From the NCBI RefSeq assembly GCF_009914755.1, contig NC_060935.1: a stretch of DNA of 64,000 nucleotides; one strand, written 5' to 3'. The translations under genes and the position numbers were made by a program. Source of the stretch: the human T2T-CHM13v2.0 reference genome, Homo sapiens. The notes beneath the pieces were generated by a model. It had not been told where the DNA came from. It searched no databases and saw only the letters and a list, made by a program, of their open reading frames with translations. How positions within the stretch are numbered: position 1 is the first letter of the stretch; every line of letters starts with the position of its first letter. Shown piece by piece: positions 50,346-64,000 of the stretch.

Positions 50346-50689
50346 CTCTATTTAACCTCACTACTAATTTTTCTAAATGCAAATTAAGATAAACAAGGTG
50401 AAAGTACATATTACTTCTTTTTAATAAAAGCAAATTCCATTTTAAAGTTGGCCAGTTTTTCTCTCTAATGGTAAAGAGAGTAGATTTTAAATCCTCTAGA
50501 AAGACTCGTTCTAGTGGACCTACTTATATAGATGTAAATCAAGAATTTGACAGGAATTATTTTGTGACTTCACAAACTCTTTACCAACTCTTGAGTTAAT
50601 TTGCATTAGAGCTCCAAAAGGAATATCCCAACCACTTTTTTTAAACCCTCAACACTACTTGAACTTCTCTAATGAATTAAGAAATCTCA

Positions 50690-51138
<449 letters not shown>

Positions 51139-51549
51139 TTATTTAAATGCTAGAGTATGTAGCTCAGCAAGGGTGAAATATTGGCTGCAGGATGAGGTTG
51201 GAAGTCTATCCTGACCCAGTCACAAGGCATTATGGCAGACTTTGTGAAGAGAAGCCTAACTTGTGCCAGTAAATTTGAAAGTCCATGTGTGAGAACCTTA
51301 AGCCATCACAACTCAGGCACTTAAATCATCTTCCCTTTGATAGAGTCAGATAGCGATAGCAAGGCATTATGGTATCTTTGGACAAAGCAGAATTGGACCC
51401 TGTGCTTTCACCTGTTTTTAACAGTGACCCCACATATCAAGAAGAGAAAGTAACTGCACTGTATCACTAAGGATCTTTACCTGACCACATCCTTATAAAT
51501 GTCTCATTATAAGTATGCCCTCCTCAAAGTATTCAAATTGGAATGGGTT

Positions 51550-51880
51550 GGCTAGGTGCAGTGGCTCAATCCTGTAACCCCAGCACTTTGGGAGCCCGAA
51601 GCAGGCAGATTCCCTGAGGTCAGGAGTTCAAGACCATCCTGGCCAACATGGCGAAACTCCTGTCTCTACTAAAAATACAAAAATAAGCTGGGTGTGGTAA
51701 TGCATGCCTGTAATCCCAGCTACTAGGGAAGCTGAGGCAGGAGAATTGCTTGACCCGGGGGGAGGAGGTTGCAGTGAGCTGAGATCGTGCCACTGCACTC
51801 CAGTCCAGGCGACAGAGGGAGACTCCATCTCAAAAAAAATAAAATAAAATAAAATAAAAATAAAAATAAAAAATAAAAAC
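51550..51880 (+). mobile_element. AluS with (AAAAT)n tail
   Basis: Alu dimer with a patterned A-tail. Confidence 0.95.
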
Positions 51881-51963
51881 AACTGGGTTATCTGTTTTGT
51901 AATAAGACTAACATTCTGCTCATTCAATTTGGGAGTATGCAAGTCATTAGAAAGAGCAGTTTT

Positions 51964-52388
51964 GCTGGGCGCGGTGGCACACGCCTGTAATCCTAGCACT
52001 TTGGGAGGCCGAGGCAGGTGGATTACCCGAGGTCAGTTCAAGACCAGCCTAGCCAACATGGTGAAACCCCGTGTCTACCAAAAATACAAAAATTAGCCGG
52101 GTGTGGTGGCAGGCACCTGTAATCCCAGCTACTCTGGAGGGTAAGGCAGGAGAATGGCTTGAACCCGGGAGGCGGAGGTTGCACTGAGCCGAGATCGTGC
52201 CACTTTACTCCTCCAGCCTGGGCAAAAGAGCAAGACTCAAAGAAAGAAAGAAGGAAAGAAAAAGAAAGAAGGAAGGAAAGAAAGAAAGAAAGAAAAAGAA
52301 CAGAAAGAAAGAAAAAGAAAGAAAGAAAGAAAAAGAAAAGAAAGAAAGAAAAAGAAAAAGAAGAAAGAAAGAAAGAGAAAAAAAGAAA
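51964..52388 (+). mobile_element. AluS with an expanded ~150-bp (GAAA)n tail
   Basis: Alu dimer; near-pure purine tail at 52239-52388; flanked by AGAAAG(A/G)GCAGTTT. Confidence 0.95.
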
Positions 52389-53488
52389 GGGCAGTTTCAA
52401 CACAGTGATAGGACAGATTTTATATGGATGGCCATAGATTTTAAAGATAAAGAAGTGAAGGCAATATACAAGAATGTCTCTTACAAGAGGTTGGGTCAGT
52501 GAAAAGTAGACCTTAGGGATACAGGAGAGAGACTAAGAAGTGCCATCGAAAGACCTAAGATGTATATGGAATTGAGGTATTTTTTGAAACTGGCAGTCCT
52601 TGGAATCTTTGTATACTAAGGAGCATGATTCAGGAGAGAGGAAAAGACTGTTAATATAGGAGAGGGAATACAATCACATCTGTTCTTTTATTTTGAACAC
52701 ACACATATGTTAGTTAACAACACTATTGATATATTAGTAAACAATTTAAGCCTAACTGAATTTTACATTTGCTTATGTTCAATTTCATCCACTAGAAATA
52801 CTGACTGAATGCAGTGTCAAAAGACAAAATTACAATGAATTTAGGTTAAAAATACAATTGGCTTTGATTTATTATTCTAGAATCAGGTAACACCTCATTG
52901 TATAAAATATAATGAGGGGTTCTGATTAGCTCAGCAGAGGAGGTTGGCTTTTTAGCCATAAAAGAGCTGAAGAAAGTAGAAACAGAGAACAAAAAGCAGG
53001 TTGGACATTTCAAAGTTTCTTTCCTGATGGAATTAAAACAGAGGAGAATTCCATATTATGCTGACTCAGGTTGACTGAAATTTCTGTTATTTGATGGAAA
53101 ACTGGCCCATTTCAAAGTTTGGTTTGATTATCTGGCACCTAGCACAAGTGACTCCATTCTGATTTGAGCTGGTCTGCTGGGGCCTAGTATAGAAGGCTAG
53201 TCCAAAACAATAGTATCCCATAAACTTTATTTAACCATTCCCCCGCTTTGGGTCATGCTCTCACCTAGGTTAGAGCATCAGTGCCACTCTCCATCACCAT
53301 TGTTTTGAGTTTTCAGTCTCATCATGTTATTCATAGATTACAGTGTCCTTGTTATCATGCATCTTCTGGAGTTTGTCATGCCAGGCAGAGAGAGACCATT
53401 TAGCATTCAGCAGATGGCTGCATGTAGCTATTAAGATTTTTGAGAGTATACAGCACACTAGGAAGATTACTACTACTACTATTGTGAC

Positions 53489-53844
53489 TGACATGGTTTG
53501 GCTGTGTCCCCATCCAAAGCTCACCTTGAGTTGTAACAATCCCCACATGTCAAGGGCAGGGCCAGGTGGAAATAACTGAATCATGGGGGCGGTTTCTCCT
53601 ATCCTGTTCTCCTGGTAGTGAATAAGTCTCACAAGATCTAATGGTTTTATAAATGGGAGTTCCCCTGCACAAGCTCTCTTGCCTGTCATCATGTAAGACA
53701 TGCTTTTACTCTTCCTTCATCTTCTGCCATGATTGTGAGGCCTCCCCAATTATGTGGAATTGTGAGTTCATTAAACCACTTTCCTTTATAAATTACCCAG
53801 TCTCCGGTATGCCTTTATTAGCAGCATGAGAACAGGCTAATATG
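53489..53844 (+). mobile_element. THE1 (MaLR) solo LTR nested in the ERV1 internal sequence
   Basis: TGACATGGTTTGGCTGTGTCCCC...TAAATTACCCAGTCTC...GCTAATA; 5-bp TSD GTGAC/TTGAC. Confidence 0.92.
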
Positions 53845-54408
53845 TTGACTCTAAAGAGGATAATACCAAAAGTTTGAGTATGCCCTTCGGCCAGAGTCCC
53901 CATGAACAAAACCAACTAAAATTAAATAGATCAAAGAATGAGCTACATGAGGAATCTACCCACTTTAACCAAGTAGCCTACTCATTTATTTTTTGAAACT
54001 GAATCTCGAAAATACCAATGCATTTATCCATGTTTAACGAGAAGTGTTAGCAACTGCACAGACTCCTCCCTGTCCAGCTACTAAATAGCAATTCTGTTAT
54101 CTAGTATCTGATAACTAAGTTAAATAAAAGCAAGGAGTGAGAACATGTGGGTCTAGAAGTCTGGCTCTATAAAATAGAACACTAGTGTAATTTGAAAAAG
54201 CAGTTATATCAGGGCTGTTACTAGTTAGTCACTGGGTGGACTAGAGGATCTCTTAGGTCATGTAAAAAACTGGATTTAGCATGACATATCTGACATTTTG
54301 TCATGTCGCCTACAGAAGCTACTGATTGTGAAATTCTATAATAACTACAGCATTATCCTACCAAGAGAAAGAGGTAGGCACAAGTGAGAAAAACTTAAAG
54401 AGAGGTAA

Positions 54409-54703
54409 GGCCAAGTGCAGTGCCTCATACCTGCAATCCCAGAATTTTGGGAGGTTGAGGTGGGAAAGTCACTTGAGCCAGGGAGTTTGAGGTCAGTCTG
54501 AGCAACACAGCAAATCCTCATCTCTACCAAAAATTTAAAAATTACCTGGGCATGGTGGTACACACCTGTAGTCTCAGCTACTCAAAAGGCTGAGGCAGGA
54601 GGATTCCTTGAGCCCAGGAGTTTGAGGTTATAGTGAGCTTTAATCACGCCACTGCACTCCAGCCTCAGTGATGGAGTGAGACAATATATCTTTTAAAAAA
54701 AAA
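54409..54703 (+). mobile_element. AluJ
   Basis: Diverged Alu dimer with CACTTGAGCC and CCTTGAGCCCAGGAGTTTGAGG. Confidence 0.9.
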
Positions 54704-56567
54704 TTAGGAGTAAGAGTCTCATTATGATAGGGAGTCTTGTCCGATGTCTTAGGAAAAGCTGTGCACAGCGTGAAGTTGCCAACTTCTTGTCCTAGTTTGC
54801 AGTTTGAACATCTGTGGTTATGACATCACATTTTGGTGGACTCTCTGAGTGGCCCAAACATCAGGTACAAGATTTGTCCCTTGAAATTTACATCTAGTTG
54901 TCCAGCTTCACCTTATATGGCTTCATGAACAGAGCATTTCTTGCTCTTAGCTGGAGAATTGTAGCCAGATACTGAAAGAAATTAGAATAATTCAGGATCC
55001 AGTCCAGTCTACAGGTAGATAATAAAAGCTCAAAAACAATGAGTATTAGCTACAATCTAATAACAGGTGTACTATAGTTTTTATTTTGGAACATAGTTTG
55101 TCTCTCTACAATCACCTCTATTTCTACAAAAGATACAGTAAGTCTAATTTGTTTGCAAAATAAGCTTAATGTCATCAAACTTGGCTTGATTATTTACATA
55201 AGTGACACAAAACTAGTGATTGACAACACGGCTTTGTTAAAGTTTGTTTTCTTGGAACTTTTGATAAGGAATCCTAGATTGCACTTTTAAAAACCTCAAG
55301 AATCGGAAGCCAAACCAAGGCAGACTTCAGACTTTGGCTGAAGTACTTATAGATTCATTTTGACTTCCTAGCCAAAGCATTGGTTACTTAACCAATATTT
55401 CCAATTACGTATCCTGTCATAAAGAGAGAAGACTATTCCTGAACTTATGCAAATAACTATATTGCCATGAAAATAAGAATGGTCATAATAATTTCCAAAT
55501 TCCGAAGAGATCAGGTGGGGGGGAAGTAAATATTTTCATTTTTGTTTACAAAAATAACTTTACAAAATTGCTAGAAACTTTAGATAGCTTAAAAGAAAAA
55601 GGTTTCCTTAAATCTGGAAAACAAAACATCAAAAGAACCAGCACAATTCCAAAATGAAAAGTCATTAAAACATCTTCATCAGTTCATCCAATTCCATGTA
55701 ATTAATTCTCATTCTGCTTGATTTTGGTTAGTAGTTTTATGAAGCCATTAGTTTCTTCATTAGAGTTTTGGAAATGCTTACCTAGTTCAAAGGTATTATC
55801 TGAAAACCATCAGAAACCTGTTTCTGTCAGAGTCCTTCCCATGAATCTCCTTAAGGATGAAGCACTTTAGGAATATAATGGCTTACAAAAAAAAAAAAAC
55901 TTTCAGAAAAGCATCAGAATAAAGTAATTAACTGTGAACAAAATGGCATGGCTAAAGAAATGATAAGAGCTTACTATAATAATGACACAATTGGCAAAGA
56001 AATTTTGTTATTTTGTGGTGTACAACATCTTAACACAATCAAAATTATGGCAGATAGCCTTATACCAAGACATATCAGATTGCTAGGAATTTCAAACAGT
56101 TTCTGGAACACATATTAATAACATATTCATACAAATGTAACTCAAAGAAGGTTAAATATAATTTCTTATTTAATAATACTTCCCATATAATTTAACATAT
56201 CAAATAGTTCAAGGTCAAAAGACAGCATTTGGAATTTGATTTTGGAAAGTTAGTAAAAAATGTCAAAAGGCTTAAAACACATGGTTAAACAGGATCATCA
56301 GTAATTATGAAACAATGAAAAGCAAATACGGAAAAGTTACATAGTTAAAAAAAAGTAGCTCTTTTAATCTTAAGAAGATTCTATTTTTTAAGCAATCAAA
56401 AGACCTAATAAAAGACAACATAAAGTAAAAGAAATTATCTTAGTAAAACACAGAATTTCTTCTTTATTTTTCCTTATGCAGATCACTTAAAGGGTAAAGA
56501 ATACCTTTCATAGTCTTTTATAAACACTCCAAGGAAATCCTGGGTTATTTTGTGCTTTTTTTTTTTT

Positions 56568-56930
56568 GCAGCCATAAAAAAGGATGAGCTCATGTCCTTT
56601 GCAGGGACATGGATGAAGCTGGAAACCATCACTCTAAGCAAGCTGTCACAAGGACAGAAAACCAAACACTGCATGTTCTCACTCATAGGTGGGAGTTGAA
56701 CAATGAGAACACATGGACACAGGGCAGGGAACGTCACACACTGGGGCCTGTCAGGGGATCGGGGGCTGGGGGAGGGATAGCATTAGTAGAAACACCTAAT
56801 GTAAATGACAAGTTGATGGGTGTAGAAAACCAACATGGCACATGTATACCTATGTAACAAAACTGCACGTTGTGTACATGTACCCATACCTTAAGTACAT
56901 ATATACTTAAGGTATAATAAAAAAAAAAAG
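56568..56930 (+). mobile_element. L1PA (about PA5-7) 3' end fragment
   Basis: ORF2 end, 3'UTR G-rich tract, TATAATAAAA and A-tail. Confidence 0.9.
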
Positions 56931-57037
56931 ATTAGATGCTTCTATATTAATACTCATTTAAAAAACCACATAATAAATTCATTCAGTTTTAGCCCACTTG
57001 ACCACACATGAAATTCTTTTCACAACCCTTCTACATA

Positions 57038-61140
<4,103 letters not shown>

Positions 61141-61697
61141 TTTATCCTAAATATTGATCTAAAGAAAATAATATATTTAAAAATTTTTCTTTAGAAAAAT
61201 CCTCATTGCATCTGTACTCACAAGATTAAATGCATTATGTCTGCAGACCTTTATAATCACAGGATAAATTTCTTATGAAATAATATAAATTTTTAAAAGA
61301 AAACTATAAAACCTATTCAGTAAGCTATCCCTTATCGAGATCAGAAAGTACTTAAAATTTTATACATTTTTGTGGAAGAATAATAGATTTTTTCTTAAGA
61401 CTACATATTTTTATGAGTTGTTACTCAAAAATTTCTAGATAAAAACAATAAACTAGTTTAGAAAAAAAGCAACTGTAGGCTATCTTTTGAAGTCACTTCT
61501 TCAAAATATATTTATTTATTGAGTGTGAATTGCTGGAAATGCAGTAGTGAACAAGGAAGCCATCATCTCACCCTCATACTGTTTATAGTCTGAAAGAGAA
61601 CCTACACAGAAAACACAGAAATACATCTGAATACAGGGGTCTCTGAGAATCAGATCTAGATCCTGCACCTGATTCTGCCTCTGATTTGCCACTTGAC

Positions 61698-62165
61698 TGT
61701 AGTCAGCAACTTCTATCTGCCCTGCTCTCCTTTTCTGAAAAACGCCCTCCCTATTCCTATGGTTGACATGGAGCAACCATGCCTGTGTAATGGCATCCCA
61801 CCCTTCATCACAGCACTCTGGATTAGGAGTAGGAACCTGACTTTAGCTGAGCCAAGAGATCCTTCCCCCAAATTTTTAGACTGTCACTCTCCAGCGGACA
61901 AAATTTTCAAAATGTAAAGCTGAAAAACTGTTTGCTTCCAGGCTATGGAGAAAGCCAATCTTAGCATGATATAAAAATACCAGACCGAAAATAGAGATGA
62001 CAGATGGAGGAGGCTAGTTCTAGTCCTTCTTATAGACTAATATCCTTGCCCTTCCTACAGTCTAGTTGCTAAGTCTTTCCTTCTAGCCTATAAGCCAATA
62101 ATTTCCAATTATGCTTGACAGTGTGTGCTCTATTTTGGTCAGCTGCAGCCTAAAAGACAGAACAA
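61698..62165. mobile_element. Ancient ERVL-type LTR (LTR16-like)
   Basis: Starts TGTAGTCAGC; TAAGCCAATAATTTCC near the end; subfamily from memory. Confidence 0.45.
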
Positions 62166-62322
62166 ATAGTGTCCTTTTCAATTTACCTACCCTCCCTATT
62201 TTTTTATTTGTACATAGGAAATAGTAATTGCGTAAATACGTAACTAGGATGTTAAGAAGTTCAAAAGATAACAAGAGAATATGCCTTGAATGTGCTATCC
62301 ATATACTGGTAATTAAAATTAA

Positions 62323-62678
<356 letters not shown>

Positions 62679-63469
62679 TTCCTATTTTTATTTCTAGTAA
62701 AACTCTGGACAAAGCAATGTGTCTAGCACAGGACTCTACATCCCACAGCGGCCTAAGATACTCTGTATGAATAGCTCAGTCAGTCAGAGGAAAAAATCTA
62801 GACCATGAACTGAGGGTAGTCTTCAGGAAATGGATGAATCCACTCTTGAGGATCACCTCTTTGGAGGACAGAACCTGGATGTGGAGCAGTGATAGGAACC
62901 ATGAGGCCATCAGGACTGAATGGTTTAATGAAGGACATCACACAGGGGCTTAAAAGCCCACAGCAGAGCTACAAGTAATCAGCCCTTACACTAGGATGGA
63001 TGAACTTGAGAGCTATTGAGAGATAACTGTGAAGACAGAAGCTGCATTTTTTTCTAACAAGACAAGCTGCTGCTCTCACCAGTGATTAGCAATTTCAGAC
63101 ACCAAAGAATAGAGGCAAGGAGAGAGGCAATCACTGAAAAGGGTTTCAATTAAACCAATAGCGTCTATGTTTCCATCTGGAAGAGGCATAAGAGTAACAG
63201 TTATATCCTATATGAAATACTTGGCAGATTAGAAATTACTTCAAACACAATCTCGTTTAGTCCTCATAAAATTCTGCTAAATATGCTTCTTCACATCCAA
63301 AAAATTCTGAGAATCACAGTGATTCAATGACTTACTCTGTTAATAAGGTTATAACTTCAAATTTTTGGTTAACACAATAAAACATGATTTGCTGTTCACA
63401 GAGAAAAGAAGAAAATGATGATGTTGCTGGTTGAATTGTGCTACTGATTGGCTCTCCTCCAAGTATTGA

Positions 63470-63700
63470 CTTAGGATTCCAAACTCTTCTTTACTTGAAA
63501 TGCTGCTATTTTCAGCATGTGTTCTCTGATGTCACCATGAACAAGAAAGAGCACATGGAAATGCTACACTGGATATTTAAGTACCTCAATGTGGAAGTGA
63601 CACACATCACTTCTGCCCACATTTCTTTGGCCATCCTAGTTATGTAGTCCCATCTAGAAAAAAAGATTATTATTTGTTTAATGTATCACTAGCTTGTTAG
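63470..63700. mobile_element. MLT1-type MaLR fragment
   Basis: GGAAGTGACACACATCACTTCTGCCCACATTTCTTTGGCC motif of old MLT1 LTRs. Confidence 0.6.
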
Positions 63701-64000
63701 CTGTTTCCCAGGAACAGCTCTCTCCTATGGAAGGAGCAGAATGGCTTAAATGTTACTGCATCATAGCCTAATTGACTGCTGGAGATCATGTGAATGAGTT
63801 TACACCTGGGAATGTGATTGACAGTTAAGACGACTATGAGTTCTCTAGACTGTCTCACCCATCTTCATGGCTGGAAGTAAATACCAAAAATGGAGGAAAA
63901 CAATATAGATGCAGAATTTTATTTGCAAGTGGGGAGATAATAATCTGATAACAGAAATTGAAAAAATGGTGATCTGTGCTATGCAATAGACAAATAGTTG

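Larger units (their letters stand above)
52815..57035 (-). mobile_element. ERV1 (MER31/MER4-group) proviral remnant: 3' LTR 52815-53237 plus internal sequence
   Basis: TG..CA bounded LTR; polypurine tract AAAGCGGGGGAA on the - strand (53238-53249) abuts the LTR; AT-rich MER4-int-like sequence follows. Confidence 0.7.

Noticed and set aside
52038-52502. K/E/R-rich and F/L/S-rich ORFs
   Set aside because: Translations of an Alu plus (GAAA)n microsatellite.

Overview
Primate, almost certainly human, genomic DNA (it carries an AluYb8-type element, a human-specific subfamily). The window lies inside a class I olfactory receptor cluster. It holds one intact single-exon OR (OR56B4, 28213-29172, +) and a frameshifted paralog (probably OR56B3P, 49040-49986, +). 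Most of the remainder is transposable element sequence: many L1s, at least 13 Alus, a full-length Hsmar1 mariner relic, ERV1/MaLR LTRs, and MIR/L2. Nearly all other ORFs in the track derive from L1 or Alu. I found no new protein-coding system. The most notable non-standard signals are: (i) paralogous non-coding modules upstream (with an O/E-EBF site) and downstream of both ORs, outlining an ancient tandem duplication unit and candidate promoters; (ii) a sharp 206-bp gene-conversion tract between the two ORs; (iii) a possible L1-L1 conversion tract between copies 34 kb apart; (iv) a twin-primed inverted L1; (v) a four-level L1/L1/L1/AluYb8 nest; (vi) an unidentified 1.16-kb retrocopied 3'UTR; (vii) two hairpins that look template-switch derived. 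Repeat subfamily names and consensus comparisons come from my memory of consensus sequences, not from a search, and many repeat boundaries are approximate.
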